Origin: Candidatus Latescibacterota bacterium | Lineage (GTDB): Bacteria > Latescibacterota > UBA2968 > GCA-2709665 | NCBI GenBank assembly: GCA_965237675.1 | Contig: OZ250150.1 | Location: 1,664,001-1,728,000 of the forward strand | Length of the DNA: 64,000 nucleotides | Direction: 5' to 3' | In this document: in pieces, positions 10,132-19,550 of the stretch | Layout: each line of letters opens with the position of its first letter | Position numbering within the stretch: position 1 is the first letter of the stretch | Notes under the pieces: generated by a model | The model's database searches: none | Seen by the model: the letters and a program-made list of their open reading frames with translations, nothing else | What the model was told of the DNA's origin: nothing | Made by a program: the position numbers and the translations under genes

Positions 10132-10880
10132 CGGCCTTTTTTTCGCTCCATGAAAGCCGCCACGTTCGCGCGGGCCGCGTCGGTACCGAAACAAGCCTCG
10201 AACGCCTCCGAGGCGGCGGCATCCCACCTGGCGTCGCGAAGCGTGGATATCCGGTTCAACAGGGCCTTGGTCCGGCTCAGTGCCTCCGTCGGAAACGACG
10301 CGAGACGCAGCGCAAATGTCCTGACCCGATCCCTCAACGCGTCGTCCGCAACGCAGTCGTGCACCAGGCCGAGCCCCTTCGCCTCGCTGCCCGTCACGGT
10401 TTCGCACCCCATGGCGATCCATCTTGCGGCCGATCCGCCAACGACGTCGACCAGCCGTCCCATCCCCCACGGCGGCGTCCATCCGAGTTTCACTTCCGGC
10501 ATCCCAAGCCGCGCCGATACCGATGCGATCCGGAAGTCATGATATAGCGCCATTCCCACGCCGCCGCCGAGCACGTAACCGTGCAACATGGCGACAGTCG
10601 GCTGCGGCATCGCGTCTATGAGGGCGAATGCATTCTCATGTTCCCGTTCCACGGCCGCGGCCTCCGCGGGAGACAACGCCGCCAGATCCGTCAGATCGCT
10701 CCCCGCACAGAACGCCCGACCCGCGCCTTCGGTGACCACGACCCGCACGTCCTCCCGTTCGCGTATCCCTTCCAGGTGCGCGGCGAGTGCCCGCACACTT
10801 CCCAGATCCATCGCGTTCAACACCTCCGGCCGGTTCAGCGTCAGCCATGCGATCCCGTCTTCAACCGTGAGACCGATCAT
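10128..10880 (-). CDS. Enoyl-CoA hydratase/isomerase family protein
   Basis: LTLNRPEVLNA, AFCAGSDL, GYVLGGG, GMPEVKLG. Confidence 0.92.
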   Translation of the reverse strand: MIGLTVEDGIAWLTLNRPEVLNAMDLGSVRALAAHLEGIREREDVRVVVTEGAGRAFCAGSDLTDLAALSPAEAAAVEREHENAFALIDAMPQPTVAMLHGYVLGGGVGMALYHDFRIASVSARLGMPEVKLGWTPPWGMGRLVDVVGGSAARWIAMGCETVTGSEAKGLGLVHDCVADDALRDRVRTFALRLASFPTEALSRTKALLNRISTLRDARWDAAASEAFEACFGTDAARANVAAFMERKKGR

Positions 10881-11380
10881 TATTTCGACCTGTGTTTTTT
10901 CGGATAGTCGTACGATACCATCCGACCGATACCGGCCGATACGTGAGCCCAGGAGTCAACCGCCAGATCCACGCAGCAGACGGCGCAGGTTGGCATATGG
11001 AGCGGCGGGTCGGAAGTGAGATAGCCGGCCAACGCGGTGAAACCCGGATTGTGTCCCACCAGGATGACCTCTTCGCAAACGTCGGGAATTTCCTCCACCA
11101 CGGCGTTGAGATCCTGCAGACTCGCCTCGTAAATCGCCATTTCCTCGGCGATTTTTCCGACCGGGTATCCCACTGCCTTCGCAAGCGCGCGGGCCGTCTG
11201 CGACGCACGTCTGGCCGGGCTGGAGATGACCATGTCGGGTTTCGCCCCGTCTTTTTTCAGACGCGTACCCATAAACGGCGCGTCCCGCTTGCCACGTTTG
11301 TTCAACGGGCGCTCGAAGTCCCCCAGCCCCGGATCGCTCCAACTCGATTTTGCATGTCGAATCACATAAAGCCGTTTCAT
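10880..11380 (-). CDS. sixA: SixA-type histidine phosphatase
   Basis: IRHAKSSW, DFERPLNKRG, SSPARRA, LVGHNPG, MPTCA. Confidence 0.88.
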   Translation of the reverse strand: MKRLYVIRHAKSSWSDPGLGDFERPLNKRGKRDAPFMGTRLKKDGAKPDMVISSPARRASQTARALAKAVGYPVGKIAEEMAIYEASLQDLNAVVEEIPDVCEEVILVGHNPGFTALAGYLTSDPPLHMPTCAVCCVDLAVDSWAHVSAGIGRMVSYDYPKKHRSK

Positions 11381-11430
11381 ACAGTTGCGCCCCCAATCGT
11401 GTCGATGAGAGCCCGCCGCGTTTACCCGTT

Positions 11431-12063
11431 TTATACCCTTCTTACCCGGCACACCGCCCGGGAACCGGCGTCACAGTACCAGAACGCCCCCTCCCACATC
11501 GTCATCCCGTGCGGTTCAGGGTAGTCTTCGGGAATCTCGATCTTTTCGCGGATAGCTCCGTCCGCCGCGTTCAACCGGTAAATTGCACGGTGGTTGGTTT
11601 CGACACACCAGAGATCCCTGCCCTCCCAGGCAATACCGTGCGGCCGTTCCCCGGGAGAGGGAAAAGAATGTACCACTTTGAAACCGCTCTGCAGATCCAC
11701 CTGATATATCGTCGCCGATGGCGGCACGGCCATCCACAGGTGGCTGTCACGGATCTCAAGGCCGTGAGCCCCGGTGACATCCGCGCCAGGGGTATCGAAC
11801 CGTTCCAGCGTTTCACCCGTCTGCCGGTCCACACACAGAATTTCCCGGTTATATGTGGACGCCAGCCACAGCGCCGGCCCCGTATCCGTAATCCCGCTCC
11901 CGCGATCCGACGCCGTATCCATTGTCTTTAATACTTCACCCGAGAAGGAAACCAGATCCGCCTGGTTCGTTTTCTGATCCAGAATCCAGATTCCGTCGGG
12001 CGTTGCCTGCATGCCATTCGGCTGCGGCCCGGGCGCGTAAAATTCGTGTGTAATTTCCACCAT
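11431..12063 (-). CDS. Small beta-propeller protein (NHL/glutaminyl-cyclase-like repeats)
   Basis: Repeated P(N/H)G-x-x-W..G..(L/F)W units (PNGMQAT, AHGLEIRD, PHGIAWEG, PHGMTMWEG). Confidence 0.65.
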   Translation of the reverse strand: MVEITHEFYAPGPQPNGMQATPDGIWILDQKTNQADLVSFSGEVLKTMDTASDRGSGITDTGPALWLASTYNREILCVDRQTGETLERFDTPGADVTGAHGLEIRDSHLWMAVPPSATIYQVDLQSGFKVVHSFPSPGERPHGIAWEGRDLWCVETNHRAIYRLNAADGAIREKIEIPEDYPEPHGMTMWEGAFWYCDAGSRAVCRVRRV

Positions 12064-12251
12064 GCGATTGTTCCCGATCACCCGTTTTCCAGTTTAAGAG
12101 GTCCTGTCCAGTCCGATTTCCCAGGCGCCCCGAGGGCTTCGCAGCGCGAGAAGTGTGAGAACGTCCTTAACCTACCCTTCGACCATTGCCCCAACGGCCA
12201 CGGCGACTGAATCGCCAGCGGAGAGGAGGACAGCATCCGCGACCTCTTCGG

Positions 12252-12911
12252 CTAGAGTTGGAGCCGGCTACGCTCCAATGCCCGTTTCACTAACTCAGTA
12301 GGAACAGACGCCTGCGAAGTCCAGAATCGGCTTGGGTGGGTCAGTTGCACCACCTGCAACCCATACCCATTTTTAAAAGTGAGGCTCTCATATCCGCGTC
12401 TGTTTTTTTCTGTAAAGGAGTCTATTGGCCCAGAATCGGCCTTCAAGAAATTTCGAACGAGGTTCCCGCATTTCCGCTTTCCCAAGCAGACAACCACCTT
12501 AACTCCCAATTTTCCTATGACTTCCTCGTGGAATGGCCAACACTTTCTTGCAAGACGCCTCATCGCTAGCGTTTGTTCGCTTTGCGATCTCAAGAAGACC
12601 AGGTTGCTTGCTGGCACTTCGCAAGGATCAAGTTCAAGATAATCGAAGAAATGGTGGCGTAGTCTCTTGTGGAAATCGTCCGCGCCTTCCCGATATCTTG
12701 ACCAATTCTCCATTTCCGGGCGGTTGAGGATACTCTCTACGTTGTCCCCGACTCGATCTTTTGCGTCTGCAGGGTCTCCCCCGGAATTTATGCCAAGCAA
12801 GTACAAATCTCTTGGCGACTCAAAGGCCTTCCTGCCGGAGTAAAACACTCGGCCTGGTTTCTCTATTAGCGATTCGGGCACCAGCGCTGCGAACTCTTCA
12901 ATTGTCGCCAT
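12252..12911 (-). CDS. Uracil-DNA glycosylase-like superfamily protein
   Basis: LLGINSGG, SNLVF.RS, VVVCLGK, LTHPSR; visibly more AT-rich than its neighbours. Confidence 0.7.
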   Translation of the reverse strand: MATIEEFAALVPESLIEKPGRVFYSGRKAFESPRDLYLLGINSGGDPADAKDRVGDNVESILNRPEMENWSRYREGADDFHKRLRHHFFDYLELDPCEVPASNLVFLRSQSEQTLAMRRLARKCWPFHEEVIGKLGVKVVVCLGKRKCGNLVRNFLKADSGPIDSFTEKNRRGYESLTFKNGYGLQVVQLTHPSRFWTSQASVPTELVKRALERSRLQL

Positions 12912-13022
12912 ACACCTTCCCCATCCTGATTAATTCATGATTTGTTAGCTGCTTTGTTCGCGAATCCATCATCTCCTCGCCCGCACAATGGCGTGTAGAA
13001 CCGTTGAGGAAGTAAATATGAA

Positions 13023-13737
13023 GGTGGGGTAGACATTCCTGTCTGCCCTTCTCATCGTTCTTCTGCCGGAATGCACACACAAGAATGGCTTGCGCCGCCT
13101 TTATAGAGCCAATACTCGTGGTCGCGCAGTCCGGATTTTGTGGGGTTTTCCGCGATGTAGCGGACGAATCGCCAATACTGCTTATCGCTGCGCACAATGT
13201 GATCATAGGACTCGCCAAGCCAGAAAGTACCGGTGACGCCCATGAGTTTGTTGATTTCGCGGGCAGATGCACCTTTAATGCCCTGCAAAATCCGCGAAAG
13301 CTCATGGCCTCCGAGCGGCTCCGTAAGGAGGTGAACATGTGTGGGCATGATGACGGCTGCGTGAAGCCGGTGTCTCTCGCCGTCGAACCGCAAAGGACAG
13401 TTCTTGACAGCTTCACGGGCATCGACGCGCGCCAGGGCACGAGAACCCATGCCGGCATCGAGCCAGGATTCGATCTTTTCATCGAAACGTCTGTTGTTTT
13501 CTTTCCAATCGGCGTCAGTCCACGGTTCAGGGTGGCGCTTGAGCCACAGCTTACGCGCTTCCTGAAAGGCGCGGCGTTTGTCCGGGGGGATCGCGTCGGC
13601 GATGCGAAAGGTGATCCAATAGATAGCGCCGTCCTTTTGCCAGTGGGGGAGACGGCGGCGCGTCGCGGTGTGTCCAGACACAGGATTCGGAGGTTCCGGT
13701 TTGATGTATGTGAGCAGACAAGAATGTCCGCTCCACC
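13023..13737. repeat. Inverted GTGG-type REP hairpins flanking the RAYT
   Basis: 13023-13048 GGTGGGGTAGACATTCCTGTCTGCCC; 13712-13737 reverse complement GGTGGAGCGGACATTCTTGTCTGCTC; degenerate third copy at about 13072-13100. Confidence 0.75.
13052..13681 (-). mobile_element. REP-associated tyrosine transposase (RAYT, Y1 HUH)
   Basis: RRRLPHW...YWITFR, VIMPTHVHLL (HUH), FW..ESYDHIVR, YIAENP; bracketed by inverted REP hairpins. Confidence 0.88.
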
Positions 13738-13788
13738 CTTTCAGGCTCTCGTTCGATGTTTACATAACAGCCTATCAGGCTGCTCTCT

Positions 13789-13941
13789 TCACGAATCCAT
13801 CATCTCCGCCGCATCCGCCCGATCGCACATCGTCTCCCAGAGCGCCTTCAGATGCCCGGCGCGTATCCCTGCCTTCACTTCTTCCACCGAGCGCAGGCCA
13901 TCATCGATCTTCTCGGCCGTAACGAAAATATGCGGTCTCAT
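13789..13941 (-). pseudogene. 50-aa ORF, probable truncated N-terminus of a larger protein
   Basis: MRPHIFVTAEKIDDGLRSVEEVKAGIRAGHLKALWETMCDRADAAEMMDS*; host-like codon use; stop lies inside a 29-bp direct repeat. Confidence 0.5.
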
Positions 13942-13993
13942 CGGGACTCACTCGAGTATTGTGAAACCGGATAACGACCAATCGGCAGGTGCG

Positions 13994-14818
13994 TCACGCC
14001 ACTCTCGTCGACGCCATATTCATCAAGCCGATGATGCTGTCGGGGTGCTCGTCGCGGGTGCTGAAACCCGGTGTATCGCCGCGCTTTCTGTAACGCGCGG
14101 TACGCACGTACGGAGGCATCATCTCCGGATATCGGAAAGCCGCCCGATTCGTCTTCAGCTTTTCAATCGCCTCCAGGGCTCCCTCGCGGATCAGCGCGCG
14201 GGACCGTGCCGGCGCAAGGTTGACAGCGCTCAGCTTGGCGCGGCCGTACGCTTCGGCATCCAGATCGTCCAGACCGTCGGGAAGGAGCCCGCGCTTGACG
14301 CCCACCGTTACCACGCCCGACGTAAGCGCCTCCGCCTCCCTCGAAAACGCGTCCTCGCCCGCCGCGAAAATCGTAGGCACCCCCAGTTCCATCGCACACA
14401 ACACGAGTTGCCCGTATTCACCAATCGAAATCCCGTTGATTGCATAGTCCACGCAGGCGAAACTTCCCGTATGGGTCAGGTGCGAATAGGGTGTACCCGC
14501 CTTCGCGTGCTGTCCCACGTATGCCAGCCCCTGGTACGATCCATCCAGACTCCAGGGCCAAATCGGGTCGGCGTGGCCCCGCATCAACTGCGCGCGCTCG
14601 TCCAGAATCTCCGGATCCATCGCGCCGTGCCCGTGTCCGTCGACCACCAGGATCTCCTCGGCGCCGCCTTCGCAAAACCCGTCCACCGCGGCGTTCACCT
14701 CTTGAGTCAAGAGTCTCTTCGCTTTATCGTAATACATCGCGCCCGGCACGCACCAGTCCTCGAAATTCAAAATGCCTGCCACGCCCTCCAGATCCGTCAT
14801 AATCATCAGCTTCATCAT
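13994..14818 (-). CDS. M55 family D-aminopeptidase (DppA-like)
   Basis: MTDLEGVAG, EVNAAVDG, VDGHG, VGQHAKAGT, LTHT, NG..IGE. Confidence 0.9.
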   Translation of the reverse strand: MMKLMIMTDLEGVAGILNFEDWCVPGAMYYDKAKRLLTQEVNAAVDGFCEGGAEEILVVDGHGHGAMDPEILDERAQLMRGHADPIWPWSLDGSYQGLAYVGQHAKAGTPYSHLTHTGSFACVDYAINGISIGEYGQLVLCAMELGVPTIFAAGEDAFSREAEALTSGVVTVGVKRGLLPDGLDDLDAEAYGRAKLSAVNLAPARSRALIREGALEAIEKLKTNRAAFRYPEMMPPYVRTARYRKRGDTPGFSTRDEHPDSIIGLMNMASTRVA

Positions 14819-14831
14819 CGATCTCCTGTCA

Positions 14832-16049
14832 CTAAGTATTTATCGCAATGCGCGCTGACGCTTCGCGCCCAACCCAGAGGTCGTTAAAGCCCGTCACAGG
14901 CCCGTCGTTATTCGGCCCGCTCGCCAGGTCCAGCCCGCCGAACAGATAAACCGATTCATCCATGGCCACCATGCCCGGCACCCGCCGGACGCCGGGATAC
15001 GCCGCGGATGCCGAATAGTCTTTCGATCCGTCGTGCGCCTGGTGACAGGTCCACTTCCCGGAACTCAGGTTCAAACACCAGAGATCGTTCAGTTGCGGTC
15101 CATTCACTTCTTCCGGCATGAACGTCCCCTGCGGTCCGAACCCGCCGAAAACGTACCATCGATCTCCTATCCGGGCCGAACCCTGGCCGTAGCGGGCGGA
15201 AGGCCGGTCTCCCGCGCCGAAGTCGTTCTTCCCGAGGCAAGTCCATACGCGGGTATCCGGATCGAACCGCCAGAGATCGTTATAGAATTGCGGATCACGG
15301 TCCTGCGTGTCCCGCCCCGCCCACAGATAAATCCGATCCTTCCAGGCTATCATCGACATCACATAACGCTTCGGCGGCCAGGCCGCGCCATCCGCCGCTT
15401 CAATCCGCTCCCACGTCCCGGTACCGGTATCATAAGTCCAGAGTTGCCTGCTCAGCACCGCGGTCTCTATCGTCGGGGGAAGCGGCGCCCGGTGACCCCA
15501 TCCGCCGAACAGATGGATCTTCCTCCCGATAACGGCCGTTCCGAACCCGCCCATCGTCGTCGGACGACCGATGCCGGCGCAGTCCGTATGCTCCAGCAGT
15601 TCGCCGTCGTCGGGTTCCAACAGCGTCCAGCGTGCCTCAGAAGGATCGTACATCCACAGGTCGTTCAGCAGGGTGAACTTCCATCCCTCGCTCAGGATCG
15701 ACAAGCCGCCGAACAAATAGAACCGGTCGTCTATCTCAACCCATGCCGGTAACATACGGGCGCACGGACGATCTGCCGAGATGTCGAACCCGGCCGCACC
15801 GTCGTTCTCTTCCAGCAACGTCCATCTCTCGACCGACGGTTCGTACACCCAAAGGTCGTTCAATGCGCCGAGCGTGGACTTGTTGCCCTGTCCGGACGAC
15901 GCGCCGTATCTGAGCGTGCCGCCCCCGAACATAACTATCCGTCCTCGATAGGCCAGCATGGCCCCCGGCGCCTCCCTGGCGCAGGGCACGTCGCCATCTG
16001 TCGCCTCGACTTCAGGATGACAGAGACGCCAACGGAATGCGGAAGTCAT
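14832..16049 (-). CDS. Kelch-repeat beta-propeller protein
   Basis: Six Y/FxFGG...NDLW.Y/FD repeats; no signal peptide. Confidence 0.88.
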   Translation of the reverse strand: MTSAFRWRLCHPEVEATDGDVPCAREAPGAMLAYRGRIVMFGGGTLRYGASSGQGNKSTLGALNDLWVYEPSVERWTLLEENDGAAGFDISADRPCARMLPAWVEIDDRFYLFGGLSILSEGWKFTLLNDLWMYDPSEARWTLLEPDDGELLEHTDCAGIGRPTTMGGFGTAVIGRKIHLFGGWGHRAPLPPTIETAVLSRQLWTYDTGTGTWERIEAADGAAWPPKRYVMSMIAWKDRIYLWAGRDTQDRDPQFYNDLWRFDPDTRVWTCLGKNDFGAGDRPSARYGQGSARIGDRWYVFGGFGPQGTFMPEEVNGPQLNDLWCLNLSSGKWTCHQAHDGSKDYSASAAYPGVRRVPGMVAMDESVYLFGGLDLASGPNNDGPVTGFNDLWVGREASARIAINT

Positions 16050-16107
16050 GTGATTTTCGCGCCGCCTTACCCGGTTTCCACGCGTATCCGCTTCGCTTGT
16101 CGCCGAT

Positions 16108-17808
16108 TCAGTCCACAACCTTCAGGATCAAACGTGAAGGATATTTCTCCGTGTGATGGACTTCCTGTGTCGCCGTCACCAGTTCTGTCCCGGCGAGGTC
16201 GTTCCCGCCCGTGTTGTGATTCCGGTCGTGATTCGGAAAATCGCTGCTGGTGATTTCCAACCGGATCCGGTGCCCCGCGAGGAATCTGCAGGCCGTTGGC
16301 GTCATGCGGATGCAATACTCGGTCACCTCTCCGGGTGTGATGAAATCTTCTTCGTCCATCGACAGACGATGCCGGGCGCGGACCATCCCATAGGCGACCT
16401 CCATCGCCGGACCGTCCGGTGCTTCGTCCACAAGCCGTGAGAAAAAATCGGTGTCCGGCGCCGAAGTCGCCGCGTACAGCACCATTTCGGGATACCCCAC
16501 GGTTTCGAGTTCAACCTCCAGGGGAGGGGTCCGAAAGATCAGGATGTCCTGGCGGTAATCGAGTATCCTCCTGTCCGAAGGCTCCGTAAACAACGCCCGC
16601 GACCAGAGGGTGGGTACCGGGTCGTTCGGATCGTACTCGTATCCATCGGGTTTCCGGCCAGCTCCGGGTTCGTCCTGCAGACTTCCCGACCCCGAGGCCA
16701 GGTGCGCGTCGCCGTCGCTGTCCAGATAGTAGTCGGCCCGAATCGTTCCCCCGGGGGGCCAGGTCGCCGCCGACTTCCATTTGCCCGAGCCCATCACGAA
16801 GTACCGCACCGGCGGTTCCCTGTCCACTCCGTTATCGGTATCCTTCAGCCAGCGGTCGAACCACCGGATCATCCGATCCTGCATATCCATTTGGGCCGCG
16901 GGTCCGAAATCTACCGCGCCCTGGCGCCGGTTTCCCAGCCCACTGTGGTTCCAGGGACCGATAACGAGTCGGGTTTGTGTTTTTGCGATATCCGTTCGAC
17001 CGTTCTCCTGCATGAGCCCCAGGTGAGCCATCGTTCCGCCGCAGTGGTCGTACCAACCGCTGAAATCCAGGTTCGGCACTTCCACCTCCCGGTGCACCTC
17101 GTCGAATTTCCAGCATTTTCGGTTCGGATGCCGCAACCAGTCCTGGGCGTACCCTGCCATTCCTTCGGGCAGATAACGTGGAAAGTCCAACCATGGCATA
17201 AAGTAGAGCCAGCGCATATGCTCCACGTTCTCCCAGACTTCCAGCGCTTCTTCCTTCCGGTGCGGTCCAGGTGCGCCCTCCCGCCTGCGGAGATCCGGCG
17301 CGATTGTGCCCATCCACCATTTGATGCGCCGGCCGGGTCTGAAAGCACCCCACCAGTCGACCTCGGTGTTTTCCAGTGGAATCGACCAGGCGCACATGGC
17401 GACCAGGTGCGGCGGCCGGAGCTTTGCAAGCATCCACTGCATCCAGGCGTTGTAAGACCCACCGAACGTGCCGACCCTTCCGTTACAGAACGGCTGACGC
17501 GCCAGCCACTCGACGCTCTCGTAGCCATCCTTTGCATCCGGGGTGCCGCCCTCAACCGTGTACGGAATATACGTTCCGTCCGAGGCATAGCGGCCGCGGG
17601 AATCCTGGGTGACAACCGCATAACCGGACCGGACGAACCGCTCGAATCCGCCCTGGGGTTTTCCATACGGGGTTCGCATCAAGAGGCCGGGATACCGTCC
17701 CGGAGCATCCGGTCTGAACACGTTTGCTCGCAGTACCACACCGTCCGACATCGGCACTGCAACGTCTTTCTCTGCAACGACCTTGTGTACGCCCGCTTTC
17801 TCGCTCAT
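16108..17808 (-). CDS. CocE/NonD family serine hydrolase
   Basis: RTPYGK, QDSRGRYASDG, GGSYNA, GWYD, IGPWNH, RIRLEITSSDFP. Confidence 0.93.
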   Translation of the reverse strand: MSEKAGVHKVVAEKDVAVPMSDGVVLRANVFRPDAPGRYPGLLMRTPYGKPQGGFERFVRSGYAVVTQDSRGRYASDGTYIPYTVEGGTPDAKDGYESVEWLARQPFCNGRVGTFGGSYNAWMQWMLAKLRPPHLVAMCAWSIPLENTEVDWWGAFRPGRRIKWWMGTIAPDLRRREGAPGPHRKEEALEVWENVEHMRWLYFMPWLDFPRYLPEGMAGYAQDWLRHPNRKCWKFDEVHREVEVPNLDFSGWYDHCGGTMAHLGLMQENGRTDIAKTQTRLVIGPWNHSGLGNRRQGAVDFGPAAQMDMQDRMIRWFDRWLKDTDNGVDREPPVRYFVMGSGKWKSAATWPPGGTIRADYYLDSDGDAHLASGSGSLQDEPGAGRKPDGYEYDPNDPVPTLWSRALFTEPSDRRILDYRQDILIFRTPPLEVELETVGYPEMVLYAATSAPDTDFFSRLVDEAPDGPAMEVAYGMVRARHRLSMDEEDFITPGEVTEYCIRMTPTACRFLAGHRIRLEITSSDFPNHDRNHNTGGNDLAGTELVTATQEVHHTEKYPSRLILKVVD

Positions 17809-17847
17809 ATCCTTCCTTTTGAGTCCTGCTGGTGCGGGATCTGCCTT

Positions 17848-19413
17848 TCAAATCCGCTCGATTATTTCCCGAAACCCATTTACGGATCGCCAGAAACCGG
17901 AACGGCCGGGCAATGGCCGGAGGCAGATGACCCCGTTGAAACTTCGACATCGGAGATTGGATAGAATCTCGACGAGTTCCGCGTTTCCGGTGCCCGGAAC
18001 CGGCTGTTGTCCATTCGCGCTCACGACGTCTCGCAGGTCGACGTGCGCCACGAATCGGCGCACTGGCCCCTTGTACAACCCCATATAAAACGGGCTTCCT
18101 CCCGAAAGCGCGACGGCCGCCGGATCGTATGCCATCTGCATCCTGGCCGACCCGATCTTACTCAACGATCTGGCGATTTCCGACGGGTCCACACCTGCGG
18201 GATTCCCCACAAGCACGTCCATCCCATTGTCATCGGCGACCCGGGAGAGCCGTTCAAGTGCACCGTTCAGGTCCGCCCGATCGAGGTCCTCAGGCAGCCG
18301 GACATGCAGGTGCTTTGCATCGAAACCGGCTGCAATTTCACAAGCTTCCGCCAGCGTCTCAGCAGATGCGAACGGCGTGCGCAATACAACAACGTTGAGG
18401 CCCCGATCCCCCAGGCCTTCACCAAGGATAGCCATATGGACCAGATGATTCGTATGCATTTCGACCCACGAAACCCCCGCCTTTGCGATCGAATCAAGCG
18501 TTTTATCGGGAGCGGCATCAACCGCCCACAGCGGCACGCTAAGCCTGAATTTCTCGTCTTCCAATATGGACGCCAGGGAGTCGGTTCGTATCAGCCGATC
18601 TTCTCCCCGAACCGCCTGACGGCTGCCGGACTGTTTCCGGATCTTCTCTCTGTATCCCACGCAGTCCGTGCAGTTCGGATTCTCGTCCAGCGCAAACCCC
18701 GGATCCCGCGACATTTCCCGACGCATGATCGCTGCGGCCCCGGGCGCGTCGATCAGCCGGCAGACGGCCGGTCCGATCCTGCCCACGTCCATGGCCCCTT
18801 CGGCTCGGAACAGGCGGTCGAACTTCAAGACGCCCCCACGGTGTCCGCCCGGACAACGGCGTATCGACAACGTACGGACCTCGCCACCCGCATCGATATA
18901 CTTCATTTCCAGTTCGCGGAGGTAGGGCAGGTCCAGTTCCGCCTCCACCGTATGCAGCAGCGTCATCGTATCCAGGTCGCATCCCAGGTGCAACACCTTT
19001 CCGCCAAGAGGAATCAGGCGGCCATACGGCGTTTCCGGTCCATCGGGCGCCGCGCTCATCTCATGATTGCACAGGATCTCCTCCGCCCTCGCTCCGCACC
19101 CCGCCACCGGATGATACGGATGCCGGCTGCGCGACACGCCCGCCCGCAACCGGAACGTCTCGCTGATGACGCCCATGTCCGAAGGGATGGCGTCCGGATC
19201 GAAGGTGCGACCATCCCGGGCCGGGTGCGTGGGCATCAACAACGTTCCATGCCTCCCGAGTACCTCCACCAGAGCGTCGATTACCGCGTTCGCGCCGCCG
19301 GATACAGGCCCCAGACTGCTCAGGGACGAATGTACCATCACAATCGTTCCCGGTTGCAGCCCCAGGTCCCCGACCCCATCGACAATATCCTGTTGGGATA
19401 GCATCGCGGCCAT
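17848..19413 (-). CDS. AAC(3)-family N-acetyltransferase fused to a xylose-isomerase-like TIM barrel
   Basis: N-terminus VMVHSSLSSLG, GTLLMPT, SRHP, LGC....TLLHTVE; C-terminus YDPA, HVDLRD, VPGTGNAEL. Confidence 0.8.
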   Translation of the reverse strand: MAAMLSQQDIVDGVGDLGLQPGTIVMVHSSLSSLGPVSGGANAVIDALVEVLGRHGTLLMPTHPARDGRTFDPDAIPSDMGVISETFRLRAGVSRSRHPYHPVAGCGARAEEILCNHEMSAAPDGPETPYGRLIPLGGKVLHLGCDLDTMTLLHTVEAELDLPYLRELEMKYIDAGGEVRTLSIRRCPGGHRGGVLKFDRLFRAEGAMDVGRIGPAVCRLIDAPGAAAIMRREMSRDPGFALDENPNCTDCVGYREKIRKQSGSRQAVRGEDRLIRTDSLASILEDEKFRLSVPLWAVDAAPDKTLDSIAKAGVSWVEMHTNHLVHMAILGEGLGDRGLNVVVLRTPFASAETLAEACEIAAGFDAKHLHVRLPEDLDRADLNGALERLSRVADDNGMDVLVGNPAGVDPSEIARSLSKIGSARMQMAYDPAAVALSGGSPFYMGLYKGPVRRFVAHVDLRDVVSANGQQPVPGTGNAELVEILSNLRCRSFNGVICLRPLPGRSGFWRSVNGFREIIERI

Positions 19414-19550
19414 CTCTCCTCTTCGCTAAAGCGGTCGGCCCGCTACCTGCCACAAGATTTCTGCCTCTGTTACAAGCGACGTCCCCGGCTCCAAACCGGA
19501 AAGGCGTCCCGCGGAATCCCGCCTCTCAATCCTCCACGCCGGTCTCGCGA

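Noticed and set aside
13085-14887. 600-aa plus-strand ORF and similar long antisense ORFs (18007-19401, 48255-49967, 57624-59087)
   Set aside because: Antisense to well-supported genes and lack motifs.
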